Source: Candidatus Terraquivivens ruidianensis
GTDB taxonomy: Archaea > Thermoproteota > Nitrososphaeria_A > Caldarchaeales > Wolframiiraptoraceae
NCBI GenBank assembly: GCA_023267885.1
Contig: JALNLB010000001.1
Coordinates: 72,779 to 115,469, forward strand
Direction: 5' to 3'
Length of the DNA stretch: 42,691 nucleotides
In this document: piece after piece, positions 28,748-38,505 of the stretch
Layout: each line of letters begins with the position of its first letter
Numbering within the stretch: the first letter of the stretch is position 1
Position numbers and translations under genes: made by a program
The notes under the pieces: model-generated
What the model was told of the DNA's origin: nothing
The model's database searches: none
Seen by the model: the letters and a program-made list of their open reading frames with translations, nothing else

Positions 28748-29019
28748 TTTTTAGCTCCACTACCTCAAATTCTTTAAGATGGATTTTATAATGTTTAATA
28801 TAAATCTACATCTGCTTTAAGAACATTAATAAAAAATTTTAACGCCTAATTTAAGCAATATTTAAGGGGTTTAATGGTGCGGTTAGGCCCCACTTATGCA
28901 TTCTAAAAGCTGTAACAGTACGGGTATCCGATTCCGTATTCTATCTATAGGGTCCTTGAAAGGCGAAGGTGCTGTCTCATTCATATAGATGGCTTAAATA
29001 AGCTATAGTAACGGAGGTC

Positions 29020-29670
29020 ATGGAGGAGTCGGCGTATCTTTGGAGTATTGAGTCGTTATCGTATGAGGCGGCGGTTAAGCTTCAGCTGAAGATGGCAGAC
29101 ATGGTCTCAGAGTTTGATTTCTTAAAAGAGTACAAACTATTCTGCGGAGTTGATGTCGCTTACTCTGGCCAACATGCCGTCGCCGCCGCCGTCGTGCAGG
29201 ACCAAGATGGTAACATAATTGAGGTGGGCAAGTACAGATGCATAGTTCAGCGCGCCTATATTCCAGGTCTTCTATTCCTTCGTGAGGCACCTCCCATGAT
29301 CAATGCCGTTAAGAGTTTAAAGAGCGATTTTGACGTGCTTCTCGTCGATGGTAATGGAAGGCTTCACCCTAGAAAGTTTGGGATTGCATGCTACGTTGGC
29401 ATTGTGTTGGATAAACCAACGATAGGTGTGGCGAAGAAGCTCCTTTGCGGCCAAGTTAAAACAGCGCATGGAAGAAGGGTCGTGACGTTGGATGATGATG
29501 TGATTGGTGAGGTGGTCTCCAAGAACGTGTACGTCAGCGTTGGCCATAAAATATCCCTAAACATGGCCGTAGAAATTGTTAAAAAGTTAACAGATGACTG
29601 GTTACCGTCACCAATTCTTGCCGCTCATAATATGGCGACTGAAGAATTAAAACGGGGGGTGCGAATTTGA
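29020..29670 (+). CDS. nfi: Endonuclease V
   Basis: GVDVAY, YIPGLLFLRE, VDGNGRLHPR, IGVAK, VYVSVGH. Confidence 0.93.
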   Translation: MEESAYLWSIESLSYEAAVKLQLKMADMVSEFDFLKEYKLFCGVDVAYSGQHAVAAAVVQDQDGNIIEVGKYRCIVQRAYIPGLLFLREAPPMINAVKSLKSDFDVLLVDGNGRLHPRKFGIACYVGIVLDKPTIGVAKKLLCGQVKTAHGRRVVTLDDDVIGEVVSKNVYVSVGHKISLNMAVEIVKKLTDDWLPSPILAAHNMATEELKRGVRI

Positions 29671-29715
29671 ATGCCCTAAAAGTAGATTAATATCCATTTA
29701 TACAAATTCAGCGAT

Positions 29716-31017
29716 TTGGTGATGCGGGACAGCATTCAGATTACGCTTTCAGTTGATGACCTTCCAAAGCATTGGTATAATGTATTAGCAGATCTTCCCG
29801 AGATACTTCCCGAGCCCTTGAACGAAGATGGAAGACTAGAGAGGTTAGGGGATATAATTCTCCAAGAATGTATTAAGCAGGAGTCTTCTGCTGAACGTCT
29901 GATTAAGATTCCAGAAGAAGTCAGGGAACTCTATCTGAGAGCAGGGAGACCCAGGCCTCTCCACAGGGCAGTAGGTTTGGAGAAGAGGCTTAAGACTCCA
30001 GCGCGTCTGTACTATAAAAGAGAGGACTTATCTCCTACCGGTAGCCATAAAGTAAATACCGCCCTCGCCCAAGTGTATTATGCGGCCAATGCTGGGTACA
30101 GCAGGGTTGTAACTGAGACGGGCGCTGGTCAATGGGGTACCGCCGTGGCTTATGCCGCATCTCTGATGAATCTTAGGTCAACCGTGTACTGGGTTAGAGA
30201 GGCTTATGAGTGGAAGCCTGAAAGAAGACGGCTTATGAGGTTGTACGGAGCGGAGGTACTTGCATCCCCGTCCGAGAAGACGGAGTATGGAAGAAGGCTT
30301 CTAAAAGGAGGACCTGACAACAAAGGTACATTGGGGATAGCTATTTCAGAGGCTGCCGAAGATTCTCTTAAAAATCCAGACACGACGTACGTCGTCGGAA
30401 GTGTCTTAAACTACGTCTTACTCCATCAGACGATCATAGGACTTGAGGTAACGAAGCAGTTGGAAGTTGTGGACGTGGTGCCTGACGTGATGATCGGATG
30501 CCTTGGAGGAGGAAGTAACTTCGGAGGATTCGTATTGCCTATGGTCGGAAAAGTCCTAAGGGGAGAAGTAAAGAAAAAAATAAAGTTTTTGGCAGCCCAG
30601 TCAGAGGCGGCTCCAAACCTAGTTAAAGGAACATATCAGTATGATTTTCCAGATGCAGCCCAGATACTCCCTAGGATTAAAGGATACAGCTTGACACATG
30701 AGTTCAAGATGCCGAGCATATGGGCCGAGGGGCTAAGATACCACATGGCCGCACCCATTATAAGCTACCTTAGGGATAAGGGGTTAGTTGAAGCGATAGC
30801 CTATCCGAAGGATGAAAAAGCAGTCTTCGAGGCGGCAAGGATGTTCATCCAAGCGGAGGGGTTCATCCCAGCGCCCGAGTCCTCTTATGCCATCAGGGCC
30901 ATGGTGGACGAGGCTTTAAAAGCCAAGGCAACAGGTGATGAAAGAGTTATCGTGGCGAATATAAGCGGTCATGGATTCCTAGACCTAGAGGCCTATGGAA
31001 AGGTACTGGTGATATGA
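29716..31017 (+). CDS. trpB2: Tryptophan synthase beta chain, TrpB2 type
   Basis: LPKHWYN, SPTGSHKVNTA, TETGAGQWG, GGGSNF, GLRYH, APES, SGHGFLD; stand-alone, no trpA adjacent. Confidence 0.9.
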   Translation: MVMRDSIQITLSVDDLPKHWYNVLADLPEILPEPLNEDGRLERLGDIILQECIKQESSAERLIKIPEEVRELYLRAGRPRPLHRAVGLEKRLKTPARLYYKREDLSPTGSHKVNTALAQVYYAANAGYSRVVTETGAGQWGTAVAYAASLMNLRSTVYWVREAYEWKPERRRLMRLYGAEVLASPSEKTEYGRRLLKGGPDNKGTLGIAISEAAEDSLKNPDTTYVVGSVLNYVLLHQTIIGLEVTKQLEVVDVVPDVMIGCLGGGSNFGGFVLPMVGKVLRGEVKKKIKFLAAQSEAAPNLVKGTYQYDFPDAAQILPRIKGYSLTHEFKMPSIWAEGLRYHMAAPIISYLRDKGLVEAIAYPKDEKAVFEAARMFIQAEGFIPAPESSYAIRAMVDEALKAKATGDERVIVANISGHGFLDLEAYGKVLVI

Positions 31018-31093
31018 TGTACCACGTAGTTTCACTGTCAGTTTAGATAAAATGTTAATAAGCCTACAAATAACACTAGGAAATCATCAGGCA

Positions 31094-33316
31094 TTACTCT
31101 TGCTCCACGAAACTGGATATTGTAGGTATCTCTGGTGGAAGGCCCTTCCTCTTCCTTATCTCCGCTATAACTCTGTCCCTTATCGAGGCTGGAACGGGTT
31201 TCCAAGAAGAAAACTCAGTCGCCCAGAAGGCCTTACCCATCGTCACACTCCTCATAACCTCACTCAGGTCAAAGGTCTCAGCCGCCGGAATCTCGCCTTG
31301 GATTATCGTTATGTACTCAGATTGCTTAACATCTAAAACCTTTCCTCTCTTTGAACTCATGACGCTCGTCACAGCACCCATGAATTCTGGCGATACTTTT
31401 GCCTCCAGCTTCAGGATGGGTTCTAGGAGTACTGGGTCGGCGCTTAGTATGCTAGCGTAGAGGCTTCTCCACGTCGCTGGCGCTATTTGGGCATAACCTC
31501 TATGCACGGGGTCTTCGTGTAATTCTACGTTAACCAGAACTGCCTTTACCCCCCTCATGGCCTCACCAGCGAGTGGTCCTTCTGAAACTACCCTTTGGAA
31601 GCCGCCTATTATCATCATCTTGGATTCGTGAAGGTACTGGGCTCCTTTTGTCATGTCGACGAGTATGTTACCCTTCGGGTCGATGCACCAAACGTTCCTA
31701 GCCTCCTCGGCATCCCATCCATGGTCTCGCAGTATCTTCGCCACCTGCTTCCTGTCCATCTCGTCGTATAGCTCACCTGACCTTATCAAGTCGATTATCT
31801 CGGGTTCCAGCGGCTCTGCCTTGATGTATATCCTGTTATGTCTATTCGGCGACTTACCCTCGAAGACTCTTCCCACCTTCTGGATCGCTTCCCTGTAGAG
31901 TATTATCGGTTTGCTTGGGACGACCTCCAGACCTGCCTTTCCTATCCATGTGAGAGCAATCTCAAGATGCAACGTTCCCATGCCGCTTATCAAATACTCA
32001 CCGGTCTCGGGCCTTACCGTCGTGACCAGCGTTGGGTCTTCTATGCTCAGCTTGTTTAAGAAGTCGACAAGCTTCGGTAAATCCTTACTATGTTTCGGTT
32101 CTATCGATATCGTCACAACTGGTTCCGACACATACTTTAACGTTTCGAATGGAATCGTTTCTACAGTTGCAAGAGTGTCACCTGCTCTCGCGTTTTCTAT
32201 ACCTAAGAGTGCGGGTATATTACCAGCGGGCAGGCTACCGACTATCTCCCTTGAAGGCCCCATATAGACTGCAACCTGTTGAACCCTCTCCGTGATGTTC
32301 CTTCCAACCAGTAACAGCATGTTGCCCTCGTTTATATTACCGCTGAACAACCTTCCTGTTGCCACAACACCAGCTTGTGGGTCAACCTTCACGTCTGTCA
32401 CGGCCATCACCGTAGGACCGTTCTCATCGCACTCCATCATGGCCCTACCGACCTCGCTGTCTATCGGCCCCTTCCATATCTTTGGTATTCTATACTTTTG
32501 GGCTACATGTGGAGGCGGATGGTGGTTTATTATCATCTCAAGAATTGCTTCATGTAATGGTGTATTTTCCCTGAGCCACTCCACGTCATCCCTTGCAAAC
32601 GCGTTGATTACGTCAACGAACTTTATGCCCTTCTTCTGGGCTTGTCGTAAAGTGAATCCCCATCTATCCTTCGCACTGCCTATCGCCACACTGCCAGCAG
32701 CCATGCTAACCTTCCATTTGTCCCTAAACTCCGGCTCGGCGTACATCTCTATCAATCTGTTAACATCCATGATTATCCTACCTAGCGTCTCCTGAATCTT
32801 TTCAGGAGTTAGCTTCAGCTCCTTAACCAGCCTGTCGATTTTGTTTATGTATAGAACTGGCTTAACTCTCTCTCCTACAGCTTGACGTATAACAGTCTCC
32901 GTCTGCGTCATGACGCCCTCGACGGCGTCTACTACAACGACTGCACCGTCTATTGCTCTCAAAGCCCTTGTGACCCTTCCAGAGAAGTCGACGTGTCCAG
33001 GGGTATCTATGAGATTTATTATGTAAGGCTTCGAGTCCATCTCATAGTAGAGGCTGATGTTTGCTGCCTTGATTGTCATCTGACGTTGCTGCTCTTCTTC
33101 GAGATAGTCTAAAGCTAACGCCTTTCCGGCCAAAGATGGTGAGAGCAGCCCTGCTGCCGCTAGAAGGCTGTCCGTCGTGGTTGTCTTTCCGTGGTCTACT
33201 TACCCCCTAAGGATTGTAGCGTCTCCTTAGGTATGGGCTATGATACCAACGTTTCTTATACTATCCTTATGTTTGAGGATGTCTACGACTTCACTGATCT
33301 TCTTCACTTTAGGCAT
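31094..33316 (-). CDS. fusA: Translation elongation factor EF-2 in two exons (33316-33233 and 33199-31094; 729 aa after splicing)
   Basis: Exon 1 MPKVKKISEVVDILKHKDSIRNVGIIAH; exon 2 VDHGKTTTTDSLLAAAG..., DTPGHVDF, NKID, HEDPVHRG. The ORF-track call 31094-33133 lacks the G1 motif. Confidence 0.93.
33200..33232 (-). other. 33-nt bulge-helix-bulge (BHB) intron in EF-2 mRNA
   Basis: Insert ACCTAAGGAGACGCTACAATCCTTAGGGGGTAA lies between His and Val codons of AHVDHGKT. It contains 2 in-frame TAA, an 8-bp stem CCUAAGGA/UCCUUAGG, a 4-bp central helix GCCC/GGGU and 3-nt bulges AU^A and AA^G. Confidence 0.88.
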
Positions 33317-33498
33317 TTTCCTTCAACACCTGATGGGTCATTTAAAATGCTGCCATATATAGTTGCCATTAGCAGGATTTCTGCCGTCAAAAACCATATT
33401 TAGGTTTACATGAGCTTTTAAGTACAAGCAAAGTTTCTGATATAAAGCTTACTTGTGATTTAGCCAGAGGGTGTTGATGGAGGTTATAAGCTTCGTTG

Positions 33499-33804
33499 TT
33501 AGGCACTCTTTCCGAGCTTTGCCATCACGTCGTTGTATATCTCCGTCCTTGTCCTCCCTTCAGTCGGTACGCCTAGCTTTTTAGCCATGTCCATCAGCAT
33601 GTCGATGTCTTTCTTCAACTCTTGAACGTCTACGGTCGAGGTTGCCTGCTCCTTAATCTCCTCGGCTTCCTTCACAGCCTTCTGAAACTCTTTCTTGGCC
33701 CTACCCAACGACTTCGCCAGCTCGGGTATCTTGCTCGGACCCCATATAAGGAATATCACCACGATTATTATGATGATTATCCACTCAATGCCAACTATCG
33801 CCAT
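33499..33804 (-). CDS. tatA: Twin-arginine translocase TatA/E subunit
   Basis: GIEWIIIIII...WGPSKIPELAKSLGRAKKEF. Confidence 0.9.
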   Translation of the reverse strand: MAIVGIEWIIIIIIVVIFLIWGPSKIPELAKSLGRAKKEFQKAVKEAEEIKEQATSTVDVQELKKDIDMLMDMAKKLGVPTEGRTRTEIYNDVMAKLGKSA

Positions 33805-33929
33805 GGATGCTCCGTCATTAAATGCCCAAAACTGGTTAAAAAGGGTTACGTACCCATCAAATTTAATGCTATCCCTTTATTGCATCTCCATATGTTTTTA
33901 TATGGGCAAAGGATTTGGATGCTCGGGAG

Positions 33930-34397
33930 ATGTCGGGAGAATTCAGATACGTTGTCAGAATACTGGGCACGGATATAGACGGCTCGCTTAAGCTACCATA
34001 TGCTCTCGCCAAAGTGAAGGGCATAGGAACAAACCTCAGCTACATCATCGCAAGAGTCCTAGGGCTTGACCCTGAGACGAGGATAGGTTATCTAACGGAG
34101 CAGCAACTTCAGCGCATAGAGGCTGTTGTGAAGAACCCCTTAGAGCACGGCATACCAGACTGGATGATAAACAGGAACAGTCCAGCTTTAGTAGAAAAAA
34201 AGCATCTATTGGGTGCAGACTTAGATTTTGCAATTAAGGAGGACATAAGGAGGGAGATTACGATAAAATCCTGGAGGGGCGTCAGACATTCCTTAGGTCT
34301 CAAGGTGAGAGGACAAAGAACTAGAACCACGGGTAGGACAGGCACTGCAGTCGGAGTATCGAAGAAAGAGGTCAAAGCTGCTACTAAAAAGGAATAG
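33930..34397 (+). CDS. rps13: 30S ribosomal protein S13 (uS13)
   Basis: FRYVVRILGTDIDG, KGIG, SWRGVRHSLGLKVRGQRTRTTGR; ATG at 33930 preferred. Confidence 0.96.
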   Translation: MSGEFRYVVRILGTDIDGSLKLPYALAKVKGIGTNLSYIIARVLGLDPETRIGYLTEQQLQRIEAVVKNPLEHGIPDWMINRNSPALVEKKHLLGADLDFAIKEDIRREITIKSWRGVRHSLGLKVRGQRTRTTGRTGTAVGVSKKEVKAATKKE

Positions 34398-34444
34398 AGG
34401 CCACTTTAAATTCTATCAAACGATGCGAATGGCCGTAAATGCTG

Positions 34445-35578
34445 TTATTCAAATTCTTTCCTGGCTAGTTCCGCGCCTGCTACTAGAGCCCTCTCTTTCT
34501 CGTAGGCGACTTCCCACGTTCTAGTTCTCAAGCCGCAGTCGTTTGACGCTATTATCTTGGCTGGGTCATCCAGTAGCTTGGCCGCGTACAACAACCTATC
34601 CCTCACAAGTTCCGGCGACTCTATAAAGTCCGTGTGCACATCTATCACACCGGGCGCCACCTTTATCTTCGTTCCATACTCCTTAAACAATTTTAGCATA
34701 GAGTATCCAGGTCTAGAGCCCTCATCTCTACCGTACATCTTCGTGTCCCTATTTGCACACTCGATTGATATATGCTCAGCCTTAAGGTCCAGTATGTATG
34801 GAAAGAGGAGTCTATAGTCGCTATAACATATGTGAACGGAGAAAGCACAATCAAGACCCTTCACGGCTTCGTTGAACCCTTCCACAAAGATGTCAACCTC
34901 ATTAGGCTTTGTCGTAGCAGCAGGTTCGTCTATTTGAATCCTTTTGGCCCCAGCCCTTATGAGAGCTTCTAAGTTTGGCCTTATAATTTCTTTCGCAAGG
35001 TCGAGTACCATGTCGCGTTTATTAATCCTTCTCCTTTCGAGAGGTTCGTCAACGTCTAACTTTCTTTTTGCATAATACTCATCAAAAGACCAATCTGCCA
35101 GCGTATAGGGTCCCGTTATTGGAACCTTGAGTGCACGTCTTGCCTTCTTCTTAGCAAACTCAAACTCCTCGATGTGATAAGGTTTTATTAGTGATGGTTT
35201 ATCGAAGACTGCCGCCTTCTTGAAAATTTCTGAGTCCCAAACTTTAATATAACCTACGAATTTGAAGCCCTTCACGTGCATTAATGGATACTCATACATC
35301 TCGACCCTTCTCTGCTCGCCGTCGTAAACGATGTCTAGCCCTGCCGATTCATGAAACCTTATACCATATAGCGCTGCCCAATCCTCTAGGCTTTTCAGCT
35401 TCTCATCGCTTTGTATGCCAGGCTTAAGTTGAGATATCAAATCTTCAAAACCTTCTACGCCGATGCGGATAGCCCAATCCCTTGAGGTTCTTATGTGTTC
35501 CTCGGAAAGACTCTTCCTTAGGAAAGGCGCTTTAGAAAGACTTCCGACTTCCTGCGTTGAAAATAACCTCTCGGTCAT
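34445..35578 (-). CDS. metE: Cobalamin-independent methionine synthase, catalytic (C-terminal-like) subunit
   Basis: DGEQRR, PITGPYT, IQIDEPA, Zn ligands HICYS / E / DCGLRT. Confidence 0.88.
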   Translation of the reverse strand: MTERLFSTQEVGSLSKAPFLRKSLSEEHIRTSRDWAIRIGVEGFEDLISQLKPGIQSDEKLKSLEDWAALYGIRFHESAGLDIVYDGEQRRVEMYEYPLMHVKGFKFVGYIKVWDSEIFKKAAVFDKPSLIKPYHIEEFEFAKKKARRALKVPITGPYTLADWSFDEYYAKRKLDVDEPLERRRINKRDMVLDLAKEIIRPNLEALIRAGAKRIQIDEPAATTKPNEVDIFVEGFNEAVKGLDCAFSVHICYSDYRLLFPYILDLKAEHISIECANRDTKMYGRDEGSRPGYSMLKLFKEYGTKIKVAPGVIDVHTDFIESPELVRDRLLYAAKLLDDPAKIIASNDCGLRTRTWEVAYEKERALVAGAELARKEFE

Positions 35579-35581
35579 AAG

Positions 35582-36529
35582 CTACACCTCCTTCAGAAGT
35601 TTGAGGGCGTTACCTATGCTCCTTATTTTTACGTTTGCCACGTTATGGGGTAAAAACTCTAGCCCGGAACTCGGGCTTATGTATATTTGTTTGACCGAAG
35701 TTTCCGACAGGACCTTCATAACAGCTGAGGCGATTTCATCGGGGGTCTCGATTATCGTATTTCGAGCGTCAACGCAACCTATCCCTAAAATTTTTGTGAG
35801 GGCATACTCCTTCAAATCTTTGAAGGGCGTAACCGTCATGTCTACACCGATTACATCGACTGGAAAATCTAAAAGTTCTGGCATAACATTACCAATCCTT
35901 CCAAAGCACGTATGGATGCAAAGTACACCGTCATACCTTCTCCTTATTATGTCGATGGCTTCCATTGCTAACTCGATTTCTTTTTTAGGAAGTTTTTCAT
36001 AAACTAAGCTAGGCGCTGTCAACTGAACGTGTGTGGCTGATAACGTGCGAATCTCTTCCGCCATCGCTTCGGCCACGTCGTAAACCAAGTCTTCAAATTT
36101 TCTATAAATTTTGTTGACGGAAAGTTTTGAAAACGTATATGGGTCGGGAACTATTACCTTAAGCCTTTTGGGCGGTATTAGGTCGTAAAAAAGCATCTGT
36201 TCAAGTATGGGCTTCATCCTCTCAACTCTTCCAACAATCACAGGCTGCTTGTAGAATGCGTTGTTGTCGAACCATCTTGCAAGGCCACCAACTTCTATGC
36301 CGTTCAGCCTTTCCGCAAACGGTCTTAGAAGGTCATGCCAGTTTAGCATACCATCTGTAATCACAGTGAGCTCGTTTTCCAATTGAATCTTAACGACTTC
36401 CTCAGCCTCTTTTCTTACCAGCCCCTCTAGAGCTTGCTTGGTGAGCTTGCCTTTCTTATGGTCTCTGTAGGCTTTCATGAGCACCTCCGAGCGTGGTTGC
36501 GGACCTACAAGATACCCTGATACCTTCAT
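35582..36529 (-). CDS. MetE N-terminal-like (non-catalytic) partner subunit of split MetE
   Basis: PRS, TDGMLNWHD, RWFDNNAFYKQP, DARNT; SPSSGLEFLP lacks the final Zn-binding Cys; adjacent to the catalytic subunit. Confidence 0.8.
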   Translation of the reverse strand: MKVSGYLVGPQPRSEVLMKAYRDHKKGKLTKQALEGLVRKEAEEVVKIQLENELTVITDGMLNWHDLLRPFAERLNGIEVGGLARWFDNNAFYKQPVIVGRVERMKPILEQMLFYDLIPPKRLKVIVPDPYTFSKLSVNKIYRKFEDLVYDVAEAMAEEIRTLSATHVQLTAPSLVYEKLPKKEIELAMEAIDIIRRRYDGVLCIHTCFGRIGNVMPELLDFPVDVIGVDMTVTPFKDLKEYALTKILGIGCVDARNTIIETPDEIASAVMKVLSETSVKQIYISPSSGLEFLPHNVANVKIRSIGNALKLLKEV

Positions 36530-36614
36530 ATGTCAGCCCTAATTGTTTGATTAAAGCCTTGTTTGTTTTAAATAAATTTTACGTGTTCCGCATTATGTTG
36601 ATTTGTTTTAGACC

Positions 36615-37625
36615 TCACAACCTCAACTTGGCAGTATGCCCTGGGAATACGGGGGCGCTTGGGTCTACGTAATGCTTAGCGCAATTGACGGCTATTATGG
36701 CCTGCGAGAAGCCTATGGTTATTAAGTTTAATTTGATAGAGTCTATTGGGCTTGCTATGTCTCCTGCTGCAAAGACACCAGGTATATTAGTTTCCATCCT
36801 TCCGTTCACCCTTACACCACGCTCATCCACGTCAAGTCCCCAACTCCTATAAAGCGAGTTATCCATTTCATAACCAATTTGCGGTATGAGGGCATCAACC
36901 TCTAAAGTAATTTCTTCGCCTGTTTCCGTATTAATCAGCGTAACGGTCTCTAATTTTTCTGTGCCATGCGCATCCTTTACAATATAAGGAATAAGCATAC
37001 GGACATCCGAGTGAAAGATTTCCATCACTTTTGCTTCTTGTGCCCTAAAGACCGCCCTACGATGAGCGAGCATTACTTCGGACGCTATGTCTTTTAGATT
37101 TAATGCCCAATCAATGGCGGAATCACCGCCGCCGACTATCATAACCTTTTTGCCCCTAAATGCCCACTTATTTGTGACCGAGTAGTAAACGCCCTTTCCC
37201 TCAAACCTCTCGATGCTCGGTATTCCGAGTTTCTTCATGGATATTGCACCCGCACCAGTTGCAAGCAAAACGGTTTTGCTGTAATGAAGCCCTTTCGTGG
37301 TTTCTAGCTCTATGAGTTTTTCCTCTAAACGTCTTAAAGCGATAACCTTCTCGTTTAATATTACAGTTGGGTTAAATTGCAAAGCCTGTTCTTCTAACTT
37401 CTTAACTAACTCCTGTGCAGGTATCTTTACGTAGCCGGGCACATCGTATATATACTTGTCAGGATAAAGAGTTGCAAGTTGACCGCCAAGGTGAGGGGAT
37501 GCCTCGATTAGTTTTGTTTTCATGTTCCTGATACCAGAATAGAAGGCAGCAAATAGGCCAGCTGGTCCGCCGCCGACTATAGTGATGTCGTAGACGTCTT
37601 TGTCTATCTCATGAGAGAGGCTCAC
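36615..37625 (-). CDS. TrxB-like ferredoxin--NADP(+) reductase (YumC type)
   Basis: GGGPAGLF, GGQLATLYPDKYIYDVPG, GGGDSAIDWA, HRR, no CxxC, C-terminal PGH. Confidence 0.85.
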   Translation of the reverse strand: MSLSHEIDKDVYDITIVGGGPAGLFAAFYSGIRNMKTKLIEASPHLGGQLATLYPDKYIYDVPGYVKIPAQELVKKLEEQALQFNPTVILNEKVIALRRLEEKLIELETTKGLHYSKTVLLATGAGAISMKKLGIPSIERFEGKGVYYSVTNKWAFRGKKVMIVGGGDSAIDWALNLKDIASEVMLAHRRAVFRAQEAKVMEIFHSDVRMLIPYIVKDAHGTEKLETVTLINTETGEEITLEVDALIPQIGYEMDNSLYRSWGLDVDERGVRVNGRMETNIPGVFAAGDIASPIDSIKLNLITIGFSQAIIAVNCAKHYVDPSAPVFPGHTAKLRL

Positions 37626-37767
37626 GAGTCATTACCTTCCATGATTGAGGGGGTTTCAGAAAAATTAAAGGATTACGCTAAATCATACGTTACAGAGCTG
37701 TTCATGTAGTAAGAATCTTCAGGACGTAAAAAATATGAGGTATTTACTTCCACGTCATAGCATATTT

Positions 37768-38442
37768 TTAGAATTCGTAAGATTCGCCGGGCTTCAATGT
37801 CACAACCTTTACACCTTTTGTCTTTCTTCGTACAAGTTTTGCGAATTCCTCCGGGTCCTGCTTTATTATGTCAAACGCTCCATAGTGATGCGGTATTACG
37901 ACCTTAGGTTTTATCAGCGCTACGGCCATAGCTGCTTCTAACGGGCCCATTGTGTAAAAGCCTCCGATCGGCAGGAGTGCCACGCGAGGTTTGTATAGTT
38001 GACCAATCAACCTCATGTCGCCAAAGAGTGAAGTGTCACCAGCATGGTAAACCGATACCTTACCGTCAGATAACACAACACCAGATGGGTTTGATGTGTA
38101 CGAGTGGAAAGCGGGCGTTAAGGTAATGGACAGCCCGTCCAACTTCACCGTACCGCCGACGTTAAGCCCTACAGTCTTCTCAACACCCTGCTCTGCTGCC
38201 GCATTAGCAGTCTCGTAGACCGCGATAATGTTGGCACCGTGCTTCTTGGCTATCTCGACGGCATCAGCAAAATGGTCAAAGTGATTATGCGTTACCACTA
38301 TTGCGTCAACCTTCTGGATTTCGTCAGGCTTTATCGCTGCCTGAGGGTTATCCCTCAAGAAGGGGTCGATTAGAATTATTTTATCAGCCATTTTAATCTC
38401 AAATGCTGCATGACCGAGCCATTTTATCGTTATCATTGTCAT
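37768..38442 (-). CDS. Metallo-beta-lactamase fold hydrolase (UPF0173-like)
   Basis: WLGHA, IDPF, THNHFDH, YHAGDT, LPIGG..TM, IPHHY. Confidence 0.88.
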   Translation of the reverse strand: MTMITIKWLGHAAFEIKMADKIILIDPFLRDNPQAAIKPDEIQKVDAIVVTHNHFDHFADAVEIAKKHGANIIAVYETANAAAEQGVEKTVGLNVGGTVKLDGLSITLTPAFHSYTSNPSGVVLSDGKVSVYHAGDTSLFGDMRLIGQLYKPRVALLPIGGFYTMGPLEAAMAVALIKPKVVIPHHYGAFDIIKQDPEEFAKLVRRKTKGVKVVTLKPGESYEF

Positions 38443-38505
38443 AAAGACTATTATCTGTAGAATTTAAGATTTCCTGTTGATGTATTATGATGGTTTGCTG
38501 CGAGC

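Noticed and set aside
28883-28984. 33-codon minus-strand ORF in the argX-nfi intergenic region
   Set aside because: No recognisable motif, RBS or suitably spaced promoter.
31038-31090. Possible C/D box sRNA downstream of EF-2 (minus strand CTGATGA ... CTGA, about 53 nt)
   Set aside because: No recognisable D' or C' boxes, and the would-be guides are very AU-rich; more likely 3' UTR or terminator sequence.
31094-33133. ORF-track EF-2 starting at TTG 33133, or EF-2 as a pseudogene or intein-containing gene
   Set aside because: This start would lack the G1 P-loop. The upstream exon is intact and in frame, the rest of the gene shows no decay, and the 33-nt insert has stops and a BHB fold, so it cannot be an intein.
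34445-36529. Two adjacent MetE-like ORFs as a broken gene or second intron case
   Set aside because: Each has its own start and a full barrel length, and there is no BHB at the 3-nt gap. Split MetE is an established archaeal arrangement.
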